The translations under genes and the position numbers were made by a program. From NCBI GenBank assembly GCA_965220085.1, contig CBDCOZ010000003.1:640001-704000 (forward strand): a DNA stretch of 64,000 nt. The letters are read 5' to 3'. Source of the DNA: Candidatus Oxydemutatoraceae bacterium. GTDB lineage: Bacteria; Pseudomonadota; Gammaproteobacteria; Poriferisulfidales; Oxydemutatoraceae. The notes beneath the pieces were generated by a model. That model had not been told where the DNA came from and searched no databases. It saw nothing but the letters and a program-made list of their open reading frames with translations. This document shows, piece after piece, positions 52,896-62,927 of this stretch (the stretch's first letter is position 1; every line of letters begins with the position of its first letter).

Positions 52896-54889
52896 ATGAA
52901 CCGACAAACTTCTGATACTTCCCCCTCTAGCAGGCGGAAGCGATCGCATTTTCGAGCATATATCTTGAAATACAAAACCTTTAATACCCCCCCCCCCCCC
53001 CCCCTCCTCCTGTAGCCACTGAACAGCGGTTCAGTTGCCGCAGCCTTCGGTCGCTGACCATCCTCACTTTGTTTGCGTTGTGCGCTCAGGCACAGGCGGC
53101 CACGCCAGTGCCCAAGGACAGTAGCATAGATGTGTATATATCTGCCACCGCCACCAACCCGTACACTTTCAAGGCCGGTGATTTCCCGTTTGAAGATGCC
53201 GATGGCGATGCTCTTTCAAGCATCAGCATAGAGACCCTGCCCGATAAGGGTACCCTGCGGGTGGGCGAATCAGATGCCACCCAGTTCCAGCAAGTGACCG
53301 CCGCCGCCATCCCCACCATCACCTGGCGCCCCGCATTGAATCAGTCCGCAGGCAACAACCACACCAGCTTCACATTTGGCGTACACACCAGGGGCAGAAG
53401 CATAATGACCGGCACCGTCACCATCAACCTCATATATGTGAATTCTCCCGCCACCGGCGCCATTATCATTCTGGACACAGGCGGCTTTGCCCTGACCGAC
53501 ACCCACGCACCGGACGAACACGAGGCTCTGGCCGCCCGCGCGGACTCCATAACCGATGCCGACGGCTTGAATGTCAACCTGACCTCAAGCCAGCGATGGC
53601 AATGGAGCGCGGATGACGCGGGCAACGGCGTATTCGCCGCCATCGCCGGAGCCACCATGAGCACCTTCACCCCCCGGGCCGGGCATACGGGCAATGCCCT
53701 GCAGGTCTGCTACAGCTTCACCGATGACCGCGGCGGCATGGAGCAGGTGTGCGCCACCACTCAGCCAGTCGCCGATGTGAACAGCGCTCCGGTGGCCATA
53801 GACAACACCGTATCCGTGCCCTGGACCGCCACCGAGAATGCCCAATTCTCCATGAACCTGAACCACTTCACCTTTGAGGATGCCGACCATCATGGCCTGC
53901 ACAGCCTCATCATAACCGCGCTGCCATCAAGGGGCACTCTTACCTTCGCCGGCGTCACTGTGAGATCTTCATTTCTGCCTTCCCAACTAAGCAGATCCGG
54001 TCTCGTTGCGGGCCGCCTCGCATACTATCCGGCGCCAAATGTGGCTCAACAGGCCGCCGCAGGGTACGACAGCTTCACCTTTCAAGTGGTCGACAATGGC
54101 CCCGGCGCAGAAGCCAGCAGCGCATCCGCCACCCTGACCATAGATCTGGTGGCCCCGGCAATGCAGATGCCAGCCACTGGCATGCCCAGCATCATCGGAG
54201 TTCTGGACCCGGTCACCGGCGGCTATCAGGAAGGCCAAATTTTGGCCTCTAACACAGTTGGAATAGACGACCCCAACGGCATAAACCAGCAGACCCTGAC
54301 AAGGGAATGGCAGGTATCTGCCACCGAGAACGGACCCTGGACCCAGGAATCAAGCAGCTTATTGCTGCTGGAACAAAAGCATGTGGGCGGGTATGTGCGC
54401 TTGTGCATCAGCTTTGATGACCTGCACCCCGCCCCCAACAGAGAGGGGCCTTTGTGCACCATGGCTTTCCCCGTTGCCAACCTCGGCGACCAGCCAATAC
54501 CGCAAGACCGCACCATCCAGGTGCGATTGGATGCCAGCATGGCAAGCCCCTACAGATTCACCGCAGCCGACTTCCCATTCGAGGATGAGGATAACGACGG
54601 CCTTGCAAGCATCACCCTGGAATCAATCCCTGCCGTCGGCACGTTGCGCGTGGGCGATGCCGCCGCCGTCGTCGGGCAGGTTGTGGATGTCGACGACATC
54701 CCCGCCATTAACTATTACCCGGAGCCCGGTCAAGCCTCCGCTGAGGGCTACGCCTCTTTCAGATTCAGGTTAACCGACGACAGCAACGACGGCGGGCGCA
54801 GTGACAGCTTAGGGGCTGGCACCATCACCATAAATCTGGGGGGGCTTACCTTGCGCTTGCGCCTCTTCCTGGAAGGGCCGTTGCGGTAA
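52896..54889 (+). CDS. LEGPLR-family secreted protein 8 (cadherin-like repeats); frameshifted at poly-C18 (phase OFF)
   Basis: ATG 52896; C18 at 52987-53004 leads to TAG at 53013; 19 or 16 C would read ...CRSLRSLTILTLFALCAQAQA into ORF 53069-54889. Confidence 0.82.
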
Positions 54890-54932
54890 TGCGAAACGCA
54901 CTTTATGCACAAACCATATCAGGAGTAGAACT

Positions 54933-55056
54933 ATGAACAGACAAATTTTTGATACGCGCCCGCGCAGTCTTGTAAGTAAGGGGATTGACTGGCGACCGGC
55001 AATGACCCGGTTTAGCCTCCAGTCGCCGATTGCGTCTTCATGCAGGATGTCTCATT
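54933..55056 (+). pseudogene. Leader-only relic paralogous to the 5' end of gene 50675
   Basis: MNRQIFDT...WRPAMTRFSLQSPIASS vs MNRQISNT..WRATLTRLSLRSPIASS; interrupted by a copy of the rnr 3' end and upstream module. Confidence 0.7.
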
Positions 55057-55292
55057 CGCGGGAGAAGGCGCTAGTTTGTATCCGTTGTTTTCTTTGGGCA
55101 CAAAACCGAAGGCGAATCATGCCGGAAACATTGCGGATTGCCGGCTTCAAGCCGCAATATCAGCGGCGCCGGCAGCAACGATTTCCATATAAATAGCCGC
55201 TTTCGCCGCAAAAGAGGCGGCTATCGGTGATAAGGCCAAAGCGCGAAGCCTTGCGCCGTATGTCCCATATGTCATGGCGATTCTACAGGCGC

Positions 55293-55320
55293 TTGCAAAT
55301 GATTTGCACTGTGGTATAGT
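55293..55320 (+). promoter_or_regulatory. Putative promoter, third module of the array
   Basis: TTGCAA-16bp-TATAGT. Confidence 0.6.
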
Positions 55321-55586
55321 GCGGTTCAGAAAGGATGGTCGGAGACGCCAGTGCTGTTTTTCTTGCAAAAGGCTTGCACTTTAGCAGACTACGGCATACG
55401 GCTAAGAGTACCGACATTAAATAATCCGCAAACAGTTTGTGGAGCGCAAACAGTGATGGAACGCAAACAATTTGAGGAACCACAAACAATAGTATTGTTT
55501 GTGCTCTTATATCGTTTGTGCCTCTAAATACTGTTTGTGTACATAATGATTGCATTTACCGGAGATAAACCATGAGGAGTAATAGC

Positions 55587-56787
55587 ATGAACCGACAAAA
55601 TTTTAATACTGCCTCCTTTAACAGGAGGAAGCGATCGCATTTTCGAGCATATATCTTGAAATACAAAACCTTTAATACCCCCCCCCCCCCCCCCCCGCTA
55701 TGTAAATAAGGGGGTTGCCAGCGTTTCGCTGTATCGCCTTCTCACCCGTTTTTTATCACCGACACATCGCGACTTGCCATCCGTCGGAGCACGGTTGCAT
55801 CGTCTGGCCGCGGCCGGGCTGCCGGTTGCGCTATTGTTGCTGTCTGTTGCGGCCTCCCCCGCGCTCGCGCAGAGCAGCTTTGATGGCAGCCTACCGGATC
55901 GGAGGTCTGCCACAAATGTTAGCGTATTCTGGACTCTCCCCAAAGCTCTTCCGGAAGGCGCCTACACCTATGCGCTTGCGCCCGCCACCCTGCCTGCGGG
56001 CCTGACATTCTCGGCCTCCACCCGGCGAATCACGGGTACGACCACAGCCGCCATGGCCGAAACGGAGTACACATACACCGCCACCGCCGCAGACGGCGGC
56101 ACACTGAGCGGGACTTTCACCATTGAAGTATTGCGGGGGCCCACATGGCTTCTGGGCGCCAGGTTCTCTACTCTGATGTCTACCCAGGAGTTGGGGGGCG
56201 ATAATCAGATTTGGCTGGCGGGCGAGGCTTTGCCGGGTTCTTATGAAATCTTCCCCAGTGGCGGCGTTAGGCCCTACACCTATACCCTGTCACCCGCGAC
56301 CCTGCCTGCCGGTGTGACCGGCGCAAGCAACGATCTTGGCTTTTTTGAGTTTTCCGGAACACCGACAGAAGCCATGCCCACCACCACTTATACGCTGACG
56401 GCGACGGATTCGGCCAGCCCCCCGGTGTCCGCCGCATACACTTTCACCATCACGGTGGAAGCCGATACCGCGCCCGATTTTGGCGATGCATCGGTCGGCA
56501 CCCGTATTTGGCCGCCCGGCACGACCGCAACGCTGGTATTGCCCGCAGCCACCGGCGGCAATGGCACCCTCACCTATGCGATCACTCCGGATCTGCCCGA
56601 CGGCCTCGCCTTTGATGCCGACACCCGCACCATCAGCGGCGCACCCTCAACCGCTACGGCCGTCGCCGAATACACCCTCACCGCCACCGACGACGAAGGC
56701 GACACGGGCACGCTGACCTTCGGCATAGACGCGATGCACCCCATGCGCTTGCGTCTGCGCCTCTTCTTAGAAGGCCCGTTGCGGTAG
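55587..56787 (+). CDS. LEGPLR-family secreted protein 9 (He_PIG-like, paralog of protein 7); frameshifted at poly-C19 (phase OFF)
   Basis: ATG 55587; C19 at 55678-55696 leads to TAA; 18 C would read RYVNKG...RFLSPTHRDLPS into ORF 55774-56787. Confidence 0.82.
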
Positions 56788-56983
56788 CGCGAATCGCCGC
56801 CGGCGGCGAACATGATATTTGCCCCGCGCGTCCGATAGGTCACGGCATCCTGCGGAAGGTATGCATTCCGTATGGTAGTATTAGCCCTGTCACGGGCTGT
56901 TTTCGGCTTTCTGATAAAAGTCTTCGCGTGATGATGCGGGTCAAGCCGATGGTAATACATTCAAAGTTGAACATATCTTTTTC

Positions 56984-58303
56984 ATGGACGATAGCTTAAA
57001 GTTAGGCGCTTCTAAGCGCTATCCGCGCTTGCATCGCTACTCCGGTTGCGATCAGGGACTCAATCCGAACGATGTGTGCCCCGAGGCATTCGGGGTCATC
57101 AAGCGATTGCAAGAGGCCGGTTATTCGAGCTATATCGTCGGCGGCGGCGTGCGCGATATGTTGCTCGGCAGGGAGCCGAAAGACTTTGACATCGCCACCG
57201 CGGCGCGGCCCAAGCAAGTGCGGCGATTGTTTTCAAATTCGCGATTGATCGGGCGGCGTTTCAAACTGGCGCACATCTATTCCGGCAATACGGTTACCGA
57301 GGTGGCGACATTTCGCCGCGGCGTCGGCGATGCCGATGACATCGGCGATAGGCAAGCGCATCGGGTCACTTCCGGCGGGCGTATCGTCAGAGACAATGTG
57401 TACGGCTCTATCGAGGAGGATGCTGTGCGTCGCGATTTCACTGTTAATTCCATGTATTACGACCCGTGCTCGGACAAATTGATGTGCCACGAACAGGCGC
57501 TGAAGGATATACGCAATCGCTGCTTGCGCCTGATCGGCGAACCCGAGAAGCGGTATCGCGAAGACCCGGTGCGCATGTTGCGCGCCTTGCGCTTTTCGGC
57601 AAAACTCGGATTTAACCTTGAGGGGGCGGTGGGAAAAGGCATTACCGCGCAGCGCAAGTTGCTCTATGATGTGTCTGCGGCGCGGTTGTTTGATGAGGTC
57701 GTCAAGCTGTTTCACAGCGGCAGCGCCGAGAAGAGTTACCGGCTGTTGCGCCGCTATGATCTGCTTGAGATATTGTTTCCGTTGACCGTGGCTTCTTTCA
57801 AAGACAAAGAAATGGGCGCCCGTTACGAGCGTTTTCTGCAACAGATGTTTGTCAATACCGATGCCAGGATTGAGAAGGACTTGCCGGTGACGCCCGGGTT
57901 TATCATTTCCGGCCTGTGGTGGCTGCCGGTGCGGCACAGGTTGCGGCAGGCGGTTGCCGAAGGCGCTACGTCGCATAATGGCTTGGTGTGGGCGATACGC
58001 GATGTCGTCGCGCAATCGCATTATCGGGTATCGGTGCCGATGCGTTTGCGCGCGGTGGCGCGCGATATTTTGACGCTGCTCCCCCAGTTTGAAAAGTTTC
58101 AAAAAAAGTGCGTTTATCGGACGCTGGAGCATCCTCGCTTCCGCGCCGCATACGATATGTTTTGTCTGCTGGCACAGAGCGGGCTTGCGGATGTCCGTGC
58201 CGGCGAGTGGTGGACAGAGATACAAACCCTTGACGCGGATGCGCGGGAAGAGATGATCGAGCGGCGCGCGCAACGCAAGAAAAAGAGGCGCAAAGGGTCA
58301 TGA
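56984..58303 (+). CDS. pcnB: Poly(A) polymerase I
   Basis: VGGGVRD, PKDFDIAT, LIGRRF.LAH, RRDFTVN, EDPVRMLRA. Confidence 0.96.
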   Translation: MDDSLKLGASKRYPRLHRYSGCDQGLNPNDVCPEAFGVIKRLQEAGYSSYIVGGGVRDMLLGREPKDFDIATAARPKQVRRLFSNSRLIGRRFKLAHIYSGNTVTEVATFRRGVGDADDIGDRQAHRVTSGGRIVRDNVYGSIEEDAVRRDFTVNSMYYDPCSDKLMCHEQALKDIRNRCLRLIGEPEKRYREDPVRMLRALRFSAKLGFNLEGAVGKGITAQRKLLYDVSAARLFDEVVKLFHSGSAEKSYRLLRRYDLLEILFPLTVASFKDKEMGARYERFLQQMFVNTDARIEKDLPVTPGFIISGLWWLPVRHRLRQAVAEGATSHNGLVWAIRDVVAQSHYRVSVPMRLRAVARDILTLLPQFEKFQKKCVYRTLEHPRFRAAYDMFCLLAQSGLADVRAGEWWTEIQTLDADAREEMIERRAQRKKKRRKGS

Positions 58304-58803
58304 CAAAGACGACGGTTTGCGCCGCCATCGCCTTGGGCGCGAATTTGGGCGATGCGGAAAAGACGCTTGATTGCGCGGTCAAGCAACTTGCGCAACTTGA
58401 GGGCTCGGAATTGATAGCGTGTTCCGGCACATACCACAGCCGCCCTCTCGACCTGTCCGATCAACCCGACTATGCGAACAAGGTCGCATTGATTGAGACC
58501 TCGCAAGCGCCGCATCGTTTGCTTGATGCGTTACAAGCCATAGAAGCGCAACACGGGCGTGTTCGGGACGCGCATTGGGGCGCGAGAACCCTTGATCTGG
58601 ACTTGATTACGTACGGGGATACCACGATGAACGATGACAGGCTGACGATTCCGCACCCGTGCGCTCACCGGCGGTCTTTTGTGCTGGAGCCGTTGGCCGA
58701 GATTGCTCCCGACATGGTAATCCCCGGCCGCGGCAGCGCGGCGATGCTGCTGGAAACAGCGAAGGACAACCTCATATATCGGAGGCCCGCCGATGGCGGA
58801 TGA
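58300..58803 (+). CDS. folK: 2-amino-4-hydroxy-6-hydroxymethyldihydropteridine diphosphokinase
   Basis: IALGANLG, WGARTLDLDL, IPHP...R.FVL.PL. Confidence 0.95.
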   Translation: MTKTTVCAAIALGANLGDAEKTLDCAVKQLAQLEGSELIACSGTYHSRPLDLSDQPDYANKVALIETSQAPHRLLDALQAIEAQHGRVRDAHWGARTLDLDLITYGDTTMNDDRLTIPHPCAHRRSFVLEPLAEIAPDMVIPGRGSAAMLLETAKDNLIYRRPADGG

Positions 58804-59458
58804 GCAAAAACCCGATTTTCGTTATATTGCGATAGAGGGCCCGATCGGGGTCGGCAAAAGCAGTTTGGCACAACGGCTGGCGCAAGACTATAAGGCGCGT
58901 CTGATTCTTGAGCGGGTCGATGACAATCCGTTCCTTGAGCCTTTTTATGCCGGCAGAAAGAGCGTGGCGCTGCCGACGCAGTTGCATTTTTTATTGTCGC
59001 GCGTGCAGCAACTCAAGACCCTGAGTCAAGAGGATTTATTTTCGTCCATGAATATCAGTGATTTCGTGATAGAAAAAGACCGTCTGTTTGCTTCCCTGAC
59101 TTTGGATCAACAGCAGTTTGATCTGTATCAGATGCTCTACGAATCGCTGGTCGGGAATTATGTCAAACCGGATTTGATCGTGTATTTGCAAGCGCCGGTC
59201 GAAGTTTTGATCAAGCGGATATTAAAACGCGGACGGCATTTTGAGAGAGAAATAGAAGAGGGCTATTTGCAGAGTTTGAGCGCGGCATATAGCGATTTTT
59301 TCTACCACTATGACGAGCAGCCGCTGCTGATTATCAATGTCGGCGATATTGATTTTGTTGAGAATGAAATAGAATATCGCAACTTGAAGCGGGCGATTTT
59401 ATCGACCAACGGCGGCAAAAAATATTACAATCCGTTGAAAACCGGCATAAGTTTATAG
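58793..59458 (+). CDS. Deoxynucleoside kinase
   Basis: IEGPIGVGKSS, NPFL..FY, PDL.VYL. Confidence 0.92.
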   Translation: MADEQKPDFRYIAIEGPIGVGKSSLAQRLAQDYKARLILERVDDNPFLEPFYAGRKSVALPTQLHFLLSRVQQLKTLSQEDLFSSMNISDFVIEKDRLFASLTLDQQQFDLYQMLYESLVGNYVKPDLIVYLQAPVEVLIKRILKRGRHFEREIEEGYLQSLSAAYSDFFYHYDEQPLLIINVGDIDFVENEIEYRNLKRAILSTNGGKKYYNPLKTGISL

Positions 59459-59468
59459 TGTTAGAGCG

Positions 59469-60263
59469 ATGAAGAATTCCGATGATGCGGTAACGCTGCC
59501 CGCGCTGTTTGAGATGAAGCAAGCGGGCGAACCGATCGTATGTTTGACCGCATACGATGCTTCCTTTGCGCGGCTGATGGACAAAGCCTCGGCGGATGTC
59601 ATTCTGGTCGGCGATTCGCTGGGGATGGTTGTGCAGGGCCATGACTCGACCAATTTTGTTTCGGTGAGCGATATTATTTATCACTGCCGCTGTGTCAGAC
59701 GGGCGACCAAGCGCGCTTACCTGATCGCAGATATGCCGTTTATGAGTATCAGCACGCCGGGGCAAGCGCTGTATAACGCGCGCCGGATAATGCAAGAAGG
59801 CGGCGCCAAGATGGTCAAGGTAGAGGTCGATCAGAAAGCGCTCGGAATCATTCGGGCGCTAAGCGACCGCTCGGTTCCGGTGTGCGCGCATATCGGTTTG
59901 TTGCCGCAACAGGAATACCAAAAAGGCGATATGGGCATCCGCGGCAAGACACACGCCGCCGCCGCCGCCTTGCTTGCTCATGCGCAGCAATGCGCGGAAC
60001 ACGGCGCCGACATACTCCTGATGGAATGTATTTCCGCCGATCTGGCGCGGCAAATTACGCAGACGCTCTCGGTGCCCGTTATCGGTATCGGGTGCGGGCC
60101 CGATTGCGACGGGCAGATACTGGTGATGCACGACGTCATCGGCGCCAGCAAACAATGCCCTCACTTTGCCCATAATTTTTTGCGCGCGGCCTCCTCGCTG
60201 GAAGAGGCATTCGCCGACTACATTGCTGCGGTCAGAACCAAACAATTTCCGCCAAGCGGCTAA
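59469..60263 (+). CDS. panB: 3-methyl-2-oxobutanoate hydroxymethyltransferase
   Basis: LTAYD, LVGDSLGM, DMPF, IGIG.G..CDGQILV. Confidence 0.96.
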   Translation: MKNSDDAVTLPALFEMKQAGEPIVCLTAYDASFARLMDKASADVILVGDSLGMVVQGHDSTNFVSVSDIIYHCRCVRRATKRAYLIADMPFMSISTPGQALYNARRIMQEGGAKMVKVEVDQKALGIIRALSDRSVPVCAHIGLLPQQEYQKGDMGIRGKTHAAAAALLAHAQQCAEHGADILLMECISADLARQITQTLSVPVIGIGCGPDCDGQILVMHDVIGASKQCPHFAHNFLRAASSLEEAFADYIAAVRTKQFPPSG

Positions 60264-60314
60264 AGCGGTCTGTTTCCCCGGCGATTACGATATGTCAAAG
60301 CGCTCTCAAAAGCT

Positions 60315-61157
60315 ATGATGCATGTGGCAAAAACAGTTGCCGAAGCGCAAGCGCTGACGGCCCCATGGCGAGCCGACGATCGGCGCATTGCTTTTATACC
60401 GACGATGGGCAATCTGCATCCGGGGCATATCAGTCTGGTTGAGATCGCAAAAAAAACGGCCGACAAGGTTGTCGTCGCCATATTTATAAACCCCCGTCAA
60501 TTTGATAACGAAGAAGATTTCATCGCCTATCCCAAGACCGAAAGCGAAGATTTGAAAGCGTTGCGGGCGGTCGCTACCGACATGGTATTTATGCCGTCCG
60601 TGGAAGAAGTCTATCCGCCGGGGGGGGGTGAGATCGTCAGCGCCGGCGCGCTGGGAAAAGAATTATGCGGGAAGTTTCGCCCGGGACACTTTGACGGCAT
60701 GGCGACGGTCGTCGTGCGTCTGTTTGATATCGTGCGGCCGCATGTTACGGTTTTTGGCCGCAAGGATTATCAGCAGTTATGCATCGTGAAGCAGCTTGTC
60801 AAAGACCGCGGATACGATATCGAGGTCGCGGAAGCGCCGACCGTTCGTACGCCGCAGGGGCTTGCGATGAGTTCCAGAAACAGCCGCATGACACCGGCTC
60901 AGATACAACGGGCGTCTGTTCTGTGCCAGACATTGCAAACTATCGCGGCAGGCATCCGTGGCGGCGACGCTATTGCCTCATTGATTGAACAAGCGACGGG
61001 CGCGTTGGAAAAGAGCGGCTTTCGCCCCGAATACATCGAAGTCAGGGATGCCGATACATTGTCGCCCGTCGCGACAACGGCGGCGCGGCCGCTTATCATT
61101 CTTGCCGCCGCCTGGTTGGGAAAAGCAAGGCTGATAGATAACTTACTAGCGGAGTAA
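60315..61157 (+). CDS. panC: Pantoate--beta-alanine ligase
   Basis: PTMGNLHPGH, RPGHF.G, FG.KDYQQ, GLAMSSRN, RLIDN. Confidence 0.96.
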   Translation: MMHVAKTVAEAQALTAPWRADDRRIAFIPTMGNLHPGHISLVEIAKKTADKVVVAIFINPRQFDNEEDFIAYPKTESEDLKALRAVATDMVFMPSVEEVYPPGGGEIVSAGALGKELCGKFRPGHFDGMATVVVRLFDIVRPHVTVFGRKDYQQLCIVKQLVKDRGYDIEVAEAPTVRTPQGLAMSSRNSRMTPAQIQRASVLCQTLQTIAAGIRGGDAIASLIEQATGALEKSGFRPEYIEVRDADTLSPVATTAARPLIILAAAWLGKARLIDNLLAE

Positions 61158-61406
61158 GTGGATACTCTGTCATCGCTGTATCAAGCCATTGAGTCCTTCG
61201 GGATACATCGCGGCGGCTGGCTGTTTGTCGCGATATTGTCGGTGATACCGGCGCTCGTCAGCGGCAACATGTTTGTTTTGTGTTTGTCCGAAGTCTTAAA
61301 CCGCAACGTGTCTTTGCAGGCGGCGCGGAAGCCTTTGCTGGCCAATTTTGCCGTGGCGCTTGTCAGTGCGTCGGTTATCGCTATCGCAACATATATGTGC
61401 TTGTAG
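61158..61406 (+). CDS. Small hypothetical membrane protein
   Basis: GTG after GGAG; two hydrophobic segments. Confidence 0.5.
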   Translation: MDTLSSLYQAIESFGIHRGGWLFVAILSVIPALVSGNMFVLCLSEVLNRNVSLQAARKPLLANFAVALVSASVIAIATYMCL

Positions 61407-61743
61407 GAGCGGCGCTCGTCAGCGGCAACATGTTTGTTTTGTGTTTGTCCGAAGTCTTAAACCGCAACGTGTCTTTGCAGGCGGCGCGGAAGCCTTTGCT
61501 GGCCAATTTTGCCGTGGCGCTTGTCAGTGCGTCGGTTATCGCTATCGCAACATATATGTGCTTGTAGGAGCGGCGCTCGTTAGCGGCAACATGTTTGTTT
61601 TGTGTTTGTCCGAAGTCTTAAACCGCAACGTGTCTTTGCAGGCGGCGCGGAAGCCTTTGCTGGCCAATTTTGCCGTGGCGCTTGTCAGTGCGTCGGTTAT
61701 CGCTATCGCAACATATATGTGCTTGTAGGAGCGGCGCTCGTCA
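61251..61743. repeat. Three tandem 161-bp copies of the small gene's 3' part
   Basis: Units at 61251, 61412 and 61573, almost identical. Confidence 0.93.
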
Positions 61744-61802
61744 AACGGTTTGTTGCTCCGAATCAGCCGGAGCACTTTATAATGGGGCGTATCAACCGCT
61801 AT

Positions 61803-61875
61803 GCCGGAGTAGCACAATCGGTAGTGCAGCGCATTTGTAATGCGAAGGTTGGGGGTTCAATTCCTCTCTCCGGCA
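61803..61875 (+). tRNA. tRNA-Thr(TGT)
   Basis: GCCGGAGTAGCACAATCGGTAGTGCAGCGCATTTGTAATGCGAAGGTTGGGGGTTCAATTCCTCTCTCCGGCA. Confidence 0.95.
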
Positions 61876-61903
61876 CCGTCTGTTGCGGCAAGACAAATGC
61901 AAA

Positions 61904-62252
61904 AGGTGAGTCGGTCTGTAAGCCGGGTTCTGTCGCGGACGATCATTCATCTGGGATCTGCGTCTCCGCAAACCTCAAGCAGTCTACCCGGAGGCATAAC
62001 ACGGACCATGTTTGCGTATAACGCGCGCCTCTCTATTTAACCTTGCTCCGGACGGGGTTTGCCATGCCGTTGGTGTCTCCACCAACGCGGTGCGCTCTTA
62101 CCGCACCTTTTCACCCTTGCCCTGAAAGTCAGGGCGGTATATTTTCTGTTGCACTTTCCATAGACTCGCGTCTTCCGGGAGTTACCCGGCGTCCTTGTCC
62201 TGAGGAGCCCGGACTTTCCTCCGCAATATGCGGCGATCGCCCGACCGACTCC
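61904..62252 (-). ncRNA. rnpB: RNase P RNA (type A)
   Basis: Minus strand reads GAGTCGGTCGGGCGATCGC...GAGGAAAGTCCGGGCTC...ACAGAACCCGGCTTACAGACCGACTC. Confidence 0.96.
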
Positions 62253-62579
62253 CTGTCAGGATAACACATCGATGTTTGAAGCGGGTTTTGGCGGCTTGTG
62301 CCCGACTCCATCCGGCAACAATGAAAGTTGTAAAGGCGCTGCTCAACCGCTATTTTCATGTAGCCATTGACGTATTGCTTTGCCGAGTTGCTCGGCGATG
62401 CGGGCGCACAATTCCGCGCAGGGCACTCGCGCTATCGCCAATGTCTTGTCCGCCCCGAAAGCACACCCATCCGCATAACGCCGACAGCCGAAGTTGTGAC
62501 AGACACCGTCATAGCCGCGCTGTAACATCGCCTGTGCGCCGTGCCATGCGGACGCACAACCCCGCGCAGGGCACTCGCG

Positions 62580-62927
62580 CTATCGCAACGGGCCTTTCAG
62601 GAAGAGGCGCAAGCGCAGAGGAGCGCTCTCAAACTCTTCACGGGCATGCGTGCCAAACGAGGCGCAAGCACAAGCGCAGGGGAGCGCTCCCATACGAGTG
62701 CGGGCGGAAAGTTTTGCAGTAGTTTTCTCCCTCGCCGCATCGTCCTTCGCTTGTGGCTCGGACTCTGCGACTCCCGCGACGGGAGCGTCATGACAGCGCT
62801 CGCACAAACGCTTCTGCGCAGAAAAATCACGCGGTGATTTCGTGCTGTCAGACCGTTCGTCAGGTGATTCATGCCACCTGTCTAATAAGTTGAGCAGATC
62901 CCCTGAATGAGTGTTATTGTCCGGCAA
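62580..62927 (-). pseudogene. Degenerate LEGPLR-family remnant ending LRLRLFLKGPLR
   Basis: E>K variant of the motif; a second, out-of-frame degenerate LRLCLRL copy near 62655-62682; no signal peptide. Confidence 0.55.

Noticed and set aside
48340-56787. Diversity-generating retroelement
   Set aside because: No reverse transcriptase in the window. Paralog differences include indels and do not look adenine-specific, and the C-termini are the most conserved part.
47947-56850. Integron or shufflon
   Set aside because: No integrase or invertase in the window, no attC-type RYYYAAC...GTTRRRY palindromes recognised, all genes are co-oriented, and the conserved end varies synonymously.
60620-60628. 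G run in panC as a phase-variation tract
   Set aside because: Short (about 9 nt), in frame, encodes Gly-Gly-Gly in a core enzyme.
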